NCBI GenBank assembly: GCA_041320535.1
Contig: JBGLNH010000001.1
Span: 2,106,490 to 2,170,489, forward strand
Origin: Candidatus Aminicenantes bacterium
GTDB taxonomy: Bacteria > Acidobacteriota > Aminicenantia > Aminicenantales > Saccharicenantaceae
DNA: 64,000 nucleotides
Reading direction: 5' to 3'
Each line of letters opens with the position of its first letter. Within the stretch, counting starts at the first letter, position 1. Below are positions 52,915-62,799 of this stretch, in pieces. The translations under genes were made by a program, and so were the position numbers. A model generated the notes under the pieces. That model did not search any database. It saw only the letters and a list, made by a program, of their open reading frames with translations, and had not been told where the DNA came from.

Positions 52915-54184
52915 CAGCGACTTCGCCGATTATCAGGGGGAGCTCACGCAAAGGCTGCCCACCGGGGCCACGCTCTCGGCCGCGCTCTATTCCTACCGGA
53001 GCGAGACCAACCGCAGCTTCCAGACCATCAACCCGCGCTTCGGCAGCACCCTGACCTTCGAATTCGCCCAGCCGCTCCTCCGGGATTTCGGCTTCAAGAT
53101 GGCCCGCCGGGAGATCCTCGTCGCCGGATACGACGAGGAGATCTCCGGGAACCGGCTGCGCCAGGCGCTGGCCGACATGGTGTTCGAGGTCGAGGAGGCC
53201 TACTGGAACCTGGTCTACAGCCTCGAGGCCCTCGAGGTCCAGCGGGATTCGCTCCGGCTGGCCAAGGAGCTGCTGGCCAAGAACGAGAAGGAGCTCGAGG
53301 TCGGCGTCATCCCGCCGATCGACATCCTCAGCGCCCGGGCCGAAGTGGCCAGCCGGGAGGCCGACATCATCCAGGCCAGGGCCCTCGTCAAGAACGATCA
53401 GGACACCCTGAGGACGCTGCTCTACCTGAAGGGCGAGAACGGCGGGCCCCCGCCGGTCCTGGTCCCGGCCGACAGGCCGCGGACCGAAGCCTCGACGATC
53501 GGGCTCGAGGACGCCCGGGCCGCGGCCCTGGCCCGCCGGCCCGACCTGTCCACGTCGCAGGTGGACATCCGGGCGAAGGCGCTCGACCTGACGTACGCCC
53601 GGAACCGGACCCTGCCCGACCTCCGCTTCAGGGCCAGCTATTGGAGCCCCGGCGTCTCGGGGACGCAGCTCATCTACCAGGACAACGACCCCCTCACGGG
53701 CGTCATCATCGACACCGTCCCCGGCGGGCCGTCGCTGGCCTTCAAGGACGCCTTCAGGTTCAGGTACAAGAACTGGTTCGTCGGCCTGACCCTGGACCTC
53801 GGCCTGGAGTCGGTCGTGTCGAGGGCCCGCGTCGCGGAAGCCCGGATCGCGTCCGGCCAGGCGGCCCTGAGGCACAAGGACATCGAGGCCCGGGCGATGC
53901 TCGAGGTCGAGATCGCCCACCGGGCCGTCGAGACGGACTACCAGCGCGCCCAGGCCTACCGCCTGGCCCGGGAGCTGGCCGAGGAGAAGCTGGCCGCCGA
54001 GCAGAAAAAGCTCGAGGCCGGGCTGTCGACCAACTACACCGTCCTCCAGCAGCAGCGGGACCTGGCCCAGGCCCGGACCAACGAGACGCGGGCCCGCGTC
54101 GACTACAGCCTCAGCCTGGCCCGGCTCGAGCGGGCCATGGGGACGACGCTCGATTCCAAGAACGTCCGCCTGTCCGCGATCTAA
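52890..54184 (+). CDS. TolC-family outer-membrane efflux protein, N-terminus missing
   Basis: ..YQGELTQRLPTGATLSAALY.., coiled-coil repeats, ..LSTNYTVLQQQRDLAQARTNETRARVDYSLSLARLERAMG... The 5' limit is uncertain by about 25 nt. Confidence 0.75.
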
Positions 54185-55857
54185 GCGATCTCGAGGATGC
54201 GGTCGAGGCGGAAGGTGCGGCACTCGCCGCGCTTGTGGCAATAAGCGCGCAGCCCCTCGAAGCTCTTGCCGCAGTACTCCATCGTCTCCACGGCCTCGGG
54301 CCGGATGCGGCGGCGCGACTTGGTGTCGTCGGGCTTGAGGTAGACGATCTCGAGCTCACGGCCGTCGCGGATAGCCCCGAGGAGAAGGGCCCGCTTGTCG
54401 GCGACGGGGAGCGACTCCTCGGCCTTCCGGTACTGGAAGCGGGTCAGGAACTTGACGATGCGCCAGTCCATCCAGATGTGGTGGCGGCGTATGGGAGTCC
54501 TGAGGACCAGGCCCTCGAACGAGGTGCAGCGCGACAGGGCGACGTAGACCTGGCCGTGGGCGAAAGTGCCGCGTCCGATGTCGACGACGACGCGCTCGAA
54601 GGTCTTGCCCTGGCTCTTGTGGATGGTCACGGCCCAGGCCAGGCGCAGGGGGTACTGGGTGAAGGAGCCGACGGAATCCGACTCGATGCGGTCGGCCTTG
54701 GCGTCGTACTGGAAGCGGAACAGCTCCCAAGTGTTGGGAGAGAGGTCGACCTCCTCGCCGTCAGGGAGCTCGACGGTGACGACGTCGTCCGCGTCGGGGA
54801 CCCGGGTGATGGCGGAGACCCGGCCGATCGTGCCGTTGACGAAGCGGCCCCGGCGGTCGTTCGTGAGCAGCATGACCTGGGCGCCGGTCTTGAGCTCGAG
54901 GGCCTCGTCGGTCGGGAGCGAGCGGCGGTCGAACTCGCCCTCGAAGAAGCCCTCGTAGCGGCGGGAGCGGCCGCGCAGGGCCGCCAGCTTCTCGCGGTTG
55001 CGGGCGGCGGCCAGGTCGTTGGTGCTGGTCAGCGTGATGTAGAACTCCCCGTCGGGCGGCGCGAAGGCGGGGTCGCAGCGGCCGTTGAGGCGGGCGATCT
55101 GGCCGTCGTCGATCGAGCGGTTGCGGATGGCGTTGAGGAGGGCGATGAATTCGGCGTCGCTCTGGCGGTAGACCTTCTCGAGCTCGACGAAGTCCATGTC
55201 GAAGCCGGGCTCGGCGAAGACGCGGGCCGAGAAGAAGAAGGGCGACTCGTAGCGGGCGGCGGCGAGGGCTGCGGGAGCGGTGCCGCCGCCGCCGGCGAAG
55301 CCGCGCCGGAGCGAAGGCGGATCGGGCGCGAAGAGGCCCTTCTCCAGGCCGGTGACTACGGGCGGCAGCTGGTAGAGATCGCCGATGAAGATCATCTGCA
55401 GGCCGCCGAACAGCTCCTTGGGCCGGGGGCCGTTGAGGCGCAGGAACTTCTCGACCGAGTCCATGAGGTCGGCCCGGACCATGGACACCTCGTCGATGAC
55501 GATGGCGTCGAGGTTGCGGTAGAGGGCGGCCCGGTCGGCGGCGGCGCCGCGGCCCTTGGCGAGCTTGCGGACGCCCTCGGGGGTGACGTCGGGCTTGAAG
55601 CCGAAGAACGAGTGGATGGTCTGGCCGCGGACGTTGAGCGCGGCGACCCCGGTCGGGGCCAGGACGGCGGCGCGCTTGAGGGTTTGGCCGCGCCAGAGCT
55701 CGAGCAGCGTCGACTTCCCGGTCCCGGCCTTGCCGGTGATGAAGACGTGGCGCGACGTCCCCTCCATGACGTCGAGGGCCCGGCGGAAGCCCGGGTTGAT
55801 CTCGATCGCCGGCGGGGGAGAGGCCGGGGAGGAGCGGCCGGGGCGCTTCTTCGTCAT
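54181..55857 (-). CDS. Pif1/RecD-like SF1B DNA helicase with a C-terminal WYL-like domain
   Basis: GKAGTGKST (Walker A), IVIDEVSMV, IGDLYQLPPV, TIHKSQGKTF, YVALSR. The C-terminus ..RRRIRPEAVETMEYCGKSFEGLRAYCHKRGECRTFRLDRILEIA is WYL-like. Confidence 0.85.
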   Translation of the reverse strand: MTKKRPGRSSPASPPPAIEINPGFRRALDVMEGTSRHVFITGKAGTGKSTLLELWRGQTLKRAAVLAPTGVAALNVRGQTIHSFFGFKPDVTPEGVRKLAKGRGAAADRAALYRNLDAIVIDEVSMVRADLMDSVEKFLRLNGPRPKELFGGLQMIFIGDLYQLPPVVTGLEKGLFAPDPPSLRRGFAGGGGTAPAALAAARYESPFFFSARVFAEPGFDMDFVELEKVYRQSDAEFIALLNAIRNRSIDDGQIARLNGRCDPAFAPPDGEFYITLTSTNDLAAARNREKLAALRGRSRRYEGFFEGEFDRRSLPTDEALELKTGAQVMLLTNDRRGRFVNGTIGRVSAITRVPDADDVVTVELPDGEEVDLSPNTWELFRFQYDAKADRIESDSVGSFTQYPLRLAWAVTIHKSQGKTFERVVVDIGRGTFAHGQVYVALSRCTSFEGLVLRTPIRRHHIWMDWRIVKFLTRFQYRKAEESLPVADKRALLLGAIRDGRELEIVYLKPDDTKSRRRIRPEAVETMEYCGKSFEGLRAYCHKRGECRTFRLDRILEIA

Positions 55858-56258
55858 GGCCGCTTCGACTCCTCGATGAGCTCCCGTGGGCTCATGATTC
55901 GGACGCCCATATAGCGGCCGACGGCCCTCAGGGCCCGGTCACCCGTGACGATGAAACCGGCCTTGAGTGCGACGGCGCACTCGATGAGCTTGTCGTCGTT
56001 GGGATCCGCGACGACCGAGAGCTTCGGCGTCTGACTCGTGAAGAGCAGATTGGCGCCTCCCGCGAACAAATCGAGCAGTTCGCCGAGCTCTTCCTCGCCC
56101 CCGAGGCCGAGCCGCCGGAGCACGGCGACGTATTCCTCGACGATGGGTGCGGACAGGCAGAGGACGAGTTCGCCCTTCTTCCAGAGATCGATGACCTTGC
56201 GAGGGTTGCCGCCGAAGAAGGACGAAACGAAGACGTTCGTGTCGACGACGGCCTTCAT
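55854..56258 (-). CDS. PIN-domain nuclease (VapC-like toxin family)
   Basis: MKAVVDTNVFVSSFF..., ..DPNDDKLIECA.., ..FIVTGDRAL... There are ATGA overlaps with both neighbours. Confidence 0.8.
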   Translation of the reverse strand: MKAVVDTNVFVSSFFGGNPRKVIDLWKKGELVLCLSAPIVEEYVAVLRRLGLGGEEELGELLDLFAGGANLLFTSQTPKLSVVADPNDDKLIECAVALKAGFIVTGDRALRAVGRYMGVRIMSPRELIEESKRP

Positions 56259-56503
56259 CGGCGCGGTTTTCTGGCTTCGGCGACAGCGCGCTTGACGTCC
56301 GACGGCTTGACGCCGCGGGCCTTGAGCTTCCGGCCGATCCTCTCCCAGACGCCGTCGATATAGCCGGAGGCGTCACGCCTCTTGACGTAATCGCGGATGA
56401 GCTCGCGGACCATGTGGCTCGTCGTCTTCCCTTCGATCCGGGACAGCCGGTCGAGCCGCTCTTTGAGCTCGGGGTCGATGCGGATCAAGAGTTGATCGGA
56501 CAC
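56255..56503 (-). CDS. Ribbon-helix-helix (CopG-like) antitoxin
   Basis: VSDQLLIRIDPELKERLDRLSRIEGKTTSHMVRELIRDYV.. from GTG 56503 with an upstream GAAAGG. The alternative ATG 56530 would lie on the junction. Confidence 0.7.
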   Translation of the reverse strand: MSDQLLIRIDPELKERLDRLSRIEGKTTSHMVRELIRDYVKRRDASGYIDGVWERIGRKLKARGVKPSDVKRAVAEARKPRR

Positions 56504-56522
56504 GGGCCGCGCCTTTCTATAG

Positions 56523-56681
56523 AATGTCATGCAGCTCGCCGGCATCCGGGACATCCTGACCAAGTCCATCCGGAGCAACAATCCCATCAGCGACGCCAAC
56601 GCGACCCTGGACGCCCTGCGGCGGATCCGGAACCCCGAGGACGTGGCCAAGATCCGCGGAAAGGCGAGAGGTGCGCTATGA
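56523..56681 (+). CDS. rpsE: Ribosomal protein S5, C-terminal ~50 aa only
   Basis: VMQLAGIRDILTKSIRSNNPISDANATLDALRRIRNPEDVAKIRGK... Its stop overlaps the rpmD start. Confidence 0.75.
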   Translation, partial: NVMQLAGIRDILTKSIRSNNPISDANATLDALRRIRNPEDVAKIRGKARGAL

Positions 56682-56926
56682 CGGACATCGCGACGAAACC
56701 CAGGAAGGCGCCCAAGCGCGCCGAGAAGACCGCGGCCGACACGTACGTCAAGGTCACTCTCGTGCGCAGCCCGATCGGCTACCCGCGCGTCCAGCGTCAG
56801 ACGGCCACGGGCCTCGGCCTGCGCAAGATCCGGTCCCACGCGGTGCTCAAGGAGAGCCCCGCCGTCCTCGGAATGGTGCGCAAGATCTCCCACCTCCTCA
56901 AGGTGGAACCCGTGGAGAAGCCATGA
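56678..56926 (+). CDS. rpmD: Ribosomal protein L30 (with N-terminal extension)
   Basis: ..VKVTLVRSPIGYPRVQRQTATGLGLRKIRSHAVLKESPAVLGMVRKISHLLKVE.. in the expected position in the spc operon. Confidence 0.85.
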   Translation: MTDIATKPRKAPKRAEKTAADTYVKVTLVRSPIGYPRVQRQTATGLGLRKIRSHAVLKESPAVLGMVRKISHLLKVEPVEKP

Positions 56927-57375
56927 ACCTCAGCAGCCTGAAACCGGCCAAAGGATCCCGCAAGGACCGCAAACGGGTGGGGCGCGGCCCCGGCTCCGGG
57001 CACGGCAAGACCGCCGGCGCCGGCAGCAAGGGCCAGCTCCAGGGCAGCGGCTATTCCCGCAAGCGCGGCTTCGAGGGCGGCCAGATGCCGCTCACCCGCC
57101 GCATCCCCAAGCGCGGCTTCACCAACATCTTCCGGACCGAGATCGCGGTCGTCAACCTCGACCGCCTGGCCAAGCTCCGCAGGGAGGAGATCGGGCCCGC
57201 GGAGATGGCCGAGCACGGCCTGATCAAGAAGGCCACCGAGCGGGTCAAGGTCCTCGGGCGGGGCGACCTCGCCGCGGCCAAGACCGTCCGGGCCCACGAG
57301 TTCTCCGCCTCGGCCGTCAAGAAGATCGAGGCCAAGGGCGGCAGCGCCGTCGTCATCGGAAAAGACCAATGTTAG
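56923..57375 (+). CDS. rplO: Ribosomal protein L15
   Basis: MNLSSLKPAKGSRKDRKRVGRGPGSGHGKTAGAGSKGQ..GFEGGQMPLTRRIPKRGF. Confidence 0.9.
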   Translation: MNLSSLKPAKGSRKDRKRVGRGPGSGHGKTAGAGSKGQLQGSGYSRKRGFEGGQMPLTRRIPKRGFTNIFRTEIAVVNLDRLAKLRREEIGPAEMAEHGLIKKATERVKVLGRGDLAAAKTVRAHEFSASAVKKIEAKGGSAVVIGKDQC

Positions 57376-58751
57376 ACAGCATCCGCAACATCTTCAGCAT
57401 CCCCGAGCTCCGCAAGAGGGTCATCTTCACCCTCCTCCTCCTGGCGGTCTACCGGATCGGCGGGCAGCTCCCCAATCCGGGGATCAGCTCCGCGGCGCTG
57501 GCCGAGTTCTGGCAGACCCAGAAGGGCTCCCTCCTCGGCTTCATCGACCTCTTCTCGGGGCGGAACATGTCGCAGATGACCATCTTCGCCCTGGGCATCA
57601 TGCCCTATATCAGCGCCTCGATCATCCTCCAGCTCCTGACCGTCGTCTGGCCGTACCTCGAGCGCCTGTCCAAGGAGGGCGAGCTCGGCCGGAAGAAGAT
57701 CACCCAGTACACCCGCTACGGCACGATCTTCATCTGCCTCATCCAGGCCTTCGGCATCGCCATCTTCCTCGAGTCGCTCAAGACGCCGGCCGGGGCCTCG
57801 GTCGTCCCCAGCCCGGGCTGGGGCTTCAAGCTCCTGACCATCCTGACCCTGACCACGGGGACCGTCTTCGTCATGTGGCTGGGCGAGCAGATCTCGGAGC
57901 GGGGCATCGGCAACGGCATCTCGCTCATCATCTTCGCCGGCATCGTCGTCAGCTTCCCGACCGGCCTCAACAGCATGATCGCCGGCCTCCGGACGGGCAG
58001 CATGGACCCGCTCAAGATGCTCTTCCTCGGCGCCCTCATGGTCGCCGTCATCGCCTTCATCGTCTTCGTCGAGCGCGGCCAGCGGCGCATCCCTGTGTCC
58101 TACGCCAAGCGCGTCGTCGGCCGCAAGGTCTACGGAGGCCAGAGCACGCACCTGCCGCTGCGCGTCAACACGGGCGGCGTCATCCCGATCATCTTCGCCG
58201 CCTCGGTCATCACCATCCCGCAGACGATGGCCACCCTGATCAAGGTCCCCGTCATCCAGTCGATCGCCGTCCAGTTCGGCATGGGCATGCCCCTCTACAA
58301 CCTCGTCTACATCGCGGCCATCATCTTCTTCACCTACTTCTACATCTCGATCATCTTCAATCCGGTCGACGTCGCCGACAACCTCCGCAAGTACGGCGGC
58401 TTCATCCCCGGCATCCGCCCGGGCAAGAACACCTCCGACTACATCGACGACGTCCTCAGCCGGATCACCCTGGCGGGCGCGGTCTATCTCGCCGCCGTGG
58501 CCATCCTGCCGGAGTTCATGATCACCGGCTTGCGCGTCCAGGCCCTGCCCTGGATCGGGCCCTGGCTGGACGCCAACCTGCCCGGGTTCATGACCCAGGG
58601 GCTGGGCGTCGACTTCATGTTCGGCGGGACGTCGATCCTCATCGTCGTCGGCGTGGCCATGGACACGATGCAGCAGATCGAGGCCCAGCTCGTCATGCGC
58701 CATTACGACGGCTTCATGCGCCGCAGCCGCATCCGCGGGAGGCGCGGATGA
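57369..58751 (+). CDS. secY: Preprotein translocase subunit SecY
   Basis: MLDSIRNIFSIPELRKRVIFTLLLLAVYRIG.., GIMPYISASIILQLL, 10-TM pattern, 460 aa. Confidence 0.95.
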   Translation: MLDSIRNIFSIPELRKRVIFTLLLLAVYRIGGQLPNPGISSAALAEFWQTQKGSLLGFIDLFSGRNMSQMTIFALGIMPYISASIILQLLTVVWPYLERLSKEGELGRKKITQYTRYGTIFICLIQAFGIAIFLESLKTPAGASVVPSPGWGFKLLTILTLTTGTVFVMWLGEQISERGIGNGISLIIFAGIVVSFPTGLNSMIAGLRTGSMDPLKMLFLGALMVAVIAFIVFVERGQRRIPVSYAKRVVGRKVYGGQSTHLPLRVNTGGVIPIIFAASVITIPQTMATLIKVPVIQSIAVQFGMGMPLYNLVYIAAIIFFTYFYISIIFNPVDVADNLRKYGGFIPGIRPGKNTSDYIDDVLSRITLAGAVYLAAVAILPEFMITGLRVQALPWIGPWLDANLPGFMTQGLGVDFMFGGTSILIVVGVAMDTMQQIEAQLVMRHYDGFMRRSRIRGRRG

Positions 58752-59419
58752 GGATCATCCTCCTGGGCGCTCCCGGAAGCGGGAAGGGGACCGTCGCCGA
58801 GGCCCTGCGCTCGGCCTACGGGGTCCCCAAGATCTCCACGGGAGATCTGCTCCGGGAAGCCGTCCGGGACAAGACCCCCCTCGGCCTCGTCGCCGCGTCC
58901 CAGATGGGCAAAGGCGGCCTGGTCGACGACGCGACCGTCCTGGCCCTGCTCCGCCAGCGCCTGGACCGCGAGGACTGCCGGCGGGGCTACGTCCTCGACG
59001 GCTTCCCGCGCAACCTGGCCCAGGCCGAGAGCCTCGAGGCCCTGGGGCCGGACGGGCCGGAGATCGTCTTCGACCTCCGCGTCACGGAGGAGACCGTCCT
59101 GTCCCGCCTGGCCGACCGGCGGTCCTGTCCGGAGTGCGAGGCCATCTATCACCTCGTCAACAAGCCCCCCCGGCAGCCGGGCCTCTGCGACGTCTGCGGC
59201 TCGGCCCTGGTCCAGAGGGCGGACGACACCCCCGAGGTCATCCGCGAGAGGCTCAAGACCCACCGCGCCAAGACCGAGCCCCTGGTCGCCCGCTACGCGG
59301 CCAAGGGCGTCCTTCACGCCATCGACGCCAACGGCGAGGCGGCGGACGAGATCGCGGCGGTCCTCCGGGTCCTGGAACCCCTCCTGGGCCGGAAGACGGG
59401 AGCGGGGGGGGCGCGATGA
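58748..59419 (+). CDS. adk: Adenylate kinase (Zn-lid type)
   Basis: MRIILLGAPGSGKGT.., GYVLDGFPRN, CPECEAIYH...CDVCG lid. Confidence 0.95.
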   Translation: MRIILLGAPGSGKGTVAEALRSAYGVPKISTGDLLREAVRDKTPLGLVAASQMGKGGLVDDATVLALLRQRLDREDCRRGYVLDGFPRNLAQAESLEALGPDGPEIVFDLRVTEETVLSRLADRRSCPECEAIYHLVNKPPRQPGLCDVCGSALVQRADDTPEVIRERLKTHRAKTEPLVARYAAKGVLHAIDANGEAADEIAAVLRVLEPLLGRKTGAGGAR

Positions 59420-60165
59420 TCACCTTCAAGTCCGCGGCCGAGCTCGCGGGCCTGCGCCAGAGCAGCCGCATCGTGGCCGCCGTCCTCGGCGAGCTCGAGC
59501 CGCTCGTCCGGCCGGGCCTGCGCACGCGTGACCTCGACCTCTACGCCGAGAAGCGGACCCGCGAGCTGGGGGCCGTGCCCGCCTTCAAGGGCTACCGGGG
59601 CTACCCGGCCTCGGTCTGCGTCTCGGTCAACGAGGAGATCATCCACGGCATCCCCTCGGGCCGCATCCTCCAGGAGGGCGACATCGTCAGCCTCGACTTC
59701 GGCGTCCTCTTCGAGGGTTTCTACAGCGATTCGGCCCTCACCGTCCCGGTCGGCCGGGTCTCGCCGGAGGCGGAGAGGCTCATCGCCGCGGCCGAGCGGT
59801 CCTTCCACAAGGGCCTCGAGCGGATGCGGGACGGCGCGCGCCTGTCCGACGTCTCGGCGGCCATCCAGGAGTCGGTCGAGAGCGAGGGCTTCTCGGTCAT
59901 CCGCCAGTTCGTCGGCCACGGCATCGGACGCTCCCTTCACGAGGAGCCCCAGGTCCCCAACTTCGGGGTCCCGGGCCGCGGCCCGAAGATCCGCCCCGGC
60001 CTGACCGTGGCCATCGAGCCCATGATCGCCGCCGGCGGCCACGAGGTAGAGATCCTGGAGGACGGCTGGACGGCCGTGACCCGGGACCGGAGCCTGGCCG
60101 CCCATTTCGAGCACACGGTGGCCATGACCGAGAACGGCCCGGAGATCCTCAGCGCGCGGACCCCG
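59416..60165 (+). CDS. map: Type I methionine aminopeptidase (natural stop probably lost at junction)
   Basis: MITFKSAAELAGLRQSSRI.., GYPASVCVSVNEEIIHGIP, DIVSLDFG, FVGHGIG, AIEPM, HFEHTV. Confidence 0.9.
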
Positions 60166-60853
60166 GAAGCTGGATATACAAATTCAAATCGAAGATGTCC
60201 TCGACCCGGTTGAGCGCGCGGGCGATGTCCTGCCCTTCGTAGCTGGCTTCACCGAAGTCGTGTTCGGTCCTCCCATAGAGCGCGGCGATAGAGACCCGCC
60301 GAGACGCCTGCCAAAGGACGAGCCCGTCGAACCGGTTGGATCTCTCTCGGATGTTGAGGTCCAATTCAGGGCTGAGCCTGTTGCGGACGTCGGAAATCCC
60401 GCCCCCTGCCTGGAAGTAGAGCCGCTCCAAGGCGATATGGACCTGTCCCCGGAACCGGTTGTTCAAGGTCCGCTCTCTCTCTGTCGACAGGTAGAACATA
60501 TACTGAGGGAATTCGAATAGATCGACGATGATCGTCTTGCTCAAGGGGATCAAGAGCTGTATGCGGGCGCCCGCCGAAGCCGAGTAATCGGGTACCGGCG
60601 TGGCGGTGAAGCCGTAATAGATATCGGTATCATAACCCGCGTTGGTGAGCTCGAAAGAACCGTTCGCGCGCATAAATCCGAGCTTCCATCGAGCCGAATC
60701 GACGATTCTTGCCAAGCTTTCGCCGGCCCATGTGCCCCCTTGTCCAAACAATGTCCCCGGCGACAAGGTTATCCAGGTACTCAGAATCGCGGCTATGGCG
60801 ATGGCCGCTCGGCGCTTCGCATGGTGTATCATGGCTTTTTCCTTAGGGAACAA
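60166..60853 (-). CDS. Outer-membrane beta-barrel-like protein (C-terminus missing), lower GC
   Basis: MIHHAKRRAAIAIAAILSTWITLSPGTLFGQ signal, with ATG 60832 a plausible start. Tyr/Phe-rich alternating strands. It lies downstream of the sugar-transferase gene. Confidence 0.5.
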
Positions 60854-60862
60854 TCCCGCGTC

Positions 60863-62269
60863 CTAGTAAGCCCCTATCCCGAACAGGACCACGGGTACCG
60901 TCTTCATCAGGATCTTGGCGTCGAGCCAGAGCGACCAGTTGTCCAGGTACTCGAGGTCGAGCTTCATCCAGTCCTCGAAGGCGATGTTGTTCCGGCCGTT
61001 GACCTGCCAGAGGCAGGTGATGCCGGGCTTCATCGAGAACCGGCGCCGCTGCCAGTCCTTGTACTTGTCGACCTCGTCGGGGACCGTCGGCCGCGGGCCG
61101 ACGATGCTCATGTGGCCGACGAAGACGTTGATGAGCTGGGGCAGCTCGTCGATGCTGAACTTCCTCATGAAGCGCCCGACCGGCGTGATCCAGCTAGTCT
61201 TCTTCTCCCGGAATTCGGGCGTCGTCATGGAGTCGAGATCGTCGACTTCGGACAGGACGTCGTGGGCGCCCTGGCGCATCGTCCGGAACTTGTAGAGCGT
61301 GAACCTCCGGCCGGCGAGCCCCAGGCGGCCCTGTTTGAAGAACACCGGGCCCTTGGACGTCGCCTTGATGAGGATGGCCATGATGAGGAACAGAGGCGAC
61401 AGGACGAGAAGGCCGAGGCCGGAGGAAGCGAAATCGAACAGGCGCTTGACGAGAAGCTCCCACTCCTTGGCGTGGGTCGTCTTGAAGTGGAGCAGGGGCA
61501 TGCCGTCGAGCTCGGCCACCGACGACCTGGCCAGCTTCGTGTCGAAGAGGTCCACGGCGACCGTCACCGTGACCCCCTCGGTCTCGCAATCCTCGATGGC
61601 CCCTTGGAGCGAGTTGAGCAGGGAGCGAGGCACGACGAAGACGACCTCGTCCACGGCGTCCCGGTGGAATATCTTTGGGATCTCCTCGAGCGTTCCGATG
61701 ACCGGGAGCCGCCCGACCTGGGTCACTCCCCGGCCGGGCTCGTCGTCGATGGCCCCGAGGATCTCGAACCCCCATTCCGGGTGCTTGTCGGCCTTCCTCG
61801 CGAACTCCATGGCTCTCTTGCCTGTCCCGACGATCAGGAGCCGGCGGGTGTTGAGGCCCTGGCGGCGGACGTAATGCGAGCTCATGAAGATGGCCGTCTT
61901 CTCGAGCCAGATGAACAGGAAGCTGAAGCCCATGAACAGGAGGAAGAACAGCCGGCTCATGAAGTCGAGCTTGATGAGGAAGATGAACGTGCCCAGGAGC
62001 AGGAACGTCGCCACGGCGGACTTGACGACGGCCCAGAGGATCTCGAGATAGGAGCGGGTCCGCATGGACTGGTAGAGGCCGTTCGCGTAGAGGGCCAGGC
62101 ACCAGTAGGGTATGGCGAAGACCAGGGCCAGCCAGAACTTGAGGAGCGCAACGGGAGCGTCCGTCAGCAGATTGTGGAACAGGAACGCGAAGAGGTAGGC
62201 CAGGGCCAGCACGCAGACGTCGACGAAGATCACGAACCTGCGAAGAGTGACCTCCTTCTCCTTCAGCAT
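60863..62269 (-). CDS. Polyprenyl-phosphate glycosyl-1-phosphate transferase (WbaP/EpsB-type EPS priming enzyme)
   Basis: N-terminal TM bundle; ..KRLFDFASSGLGLLVLSPLFLIMAILIK..GPVFFKQGRLG..FTLYKFRTM..IDELPQLINVFVGHMSIVGPRP.. Confidence 0.9.
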   Translation of the reverse strand: MLKEKEVTLRRFVIFVDVCVLALAYLFAFLFHNLLTDAPVALLKFWLALVFAIPYWCLALYANGLYQSMRTRSYLEILWAVVKSAVATFLLLGTFIFLIKLDFMSRLFFLLFMGFSFLFIWLEKTAIFMSSHYVRRQGLNTRRLLIVGTGKRAMEFARKADKHPEWGFEILGAIDDEPGRGVTQVGRLPVIGTLEEIPKIFHRDAVDEVVFVVPRSLLNSLQGAIEDCETEGVTVTVAVDLFDTKLARSSVAELDGMPLLHFKTTHAKEWELLVKRLFDFASSGLGLLVLSPLFLIMAILIKATSKGPVFFKQGRLGLAGRRFTLYKFRTMRQGAHDVLSEVDDLDSMTTPEFREKKTSWITPVGRFMRKFSIDELPQLINVFVGHMSIVGPRPTVPDEVDKYKDWQRRRFSMKPGITCLWQVNGRNNIAFEDWMKLDLEYLDNWSLWLDAKILMKTVPVVLFGIGAY

Positions 62270-62309
62270 CGTTTCGAGCCCCTCGGGTAGGAAAACCTCC
62301 CCTGATTAT

Positions 62310-62789
62310 CTACTTTTTCTCGATCTGCCGCAAGACCTTTGCGGGATTGCCCGCCACGATCGTCCAGGGGGGGACGTCCTTGGTGACGACCGATCCTGCC
62401 CCGACGATGGCCCCCTCGCCGACCGTCACCCCGGCCAGGATCGTGGCGCTCGAGCCGACCGATGCGCCCTTCCTGATGAAGGTCGGGACGACCTTCCAGT
62501 CGGCCTCCGTCTGGAGGCCGCCGCCTTCGGCGGTCGACCGGGGGTACATGTCGTTGATAAATGTGACGTTGTGGCCGATGAAGACGTCGTCCTCGACGGT
62601 CACGCCCTCGCAGATGAAGGTGTGCGAGGAGATCTTGCAGTTCCGGCCGATGAAGGCGTTCTTCTGGATCTCGACGAACGTGCCGACCTTGGTGTTGTCG
62701 CCGATCGCGCAGCCGTAGAGGTTTACGAAGGCGAAGATCTTGACGTCTTTCCCCAGCTTGACGTCGGGCGATACTCTGCAGAATTCCAT
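62310..62789 (-). CDS. Hexapeptide-repeat (left-handed beta-helix) sugar N/O-acetyltransferase
   Basis: ..IGDNTKVGTFVEIQKNAFIGRNCKISSHTFICEGVTVEDDVFIGHNV..GASVGSSATILAGVTVGEGAIVGAGSVV.. Confidence 0.85.
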   Translation of the reverse strand: MEFCRVSPDVKLGKDVKIFAFVNLYGCAIGDNTKVGTFVEIQKNAFIGRNCKISSHTFICEGVTVEDDVFIGHNVTFINDMYPRSTAEGGGLQTEADWKVVPTFIRKGASVGSSATILAGVTVGEGAIVGAGSVVTKDVPPWTIVAGNPAKVLRQIEKK

Positions 62790-62799
62790 GGGCCCTCCT

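Noticed and set aside
54181-54184. The 3-4-nt overlap of the convergent tolC and helicase stop codons as another block junction.
   Set aside because: It falls mid-block in the ~3.7-kb series and both proteins have plausible natural C-termini, so it is probably genuine tight convergent packing.
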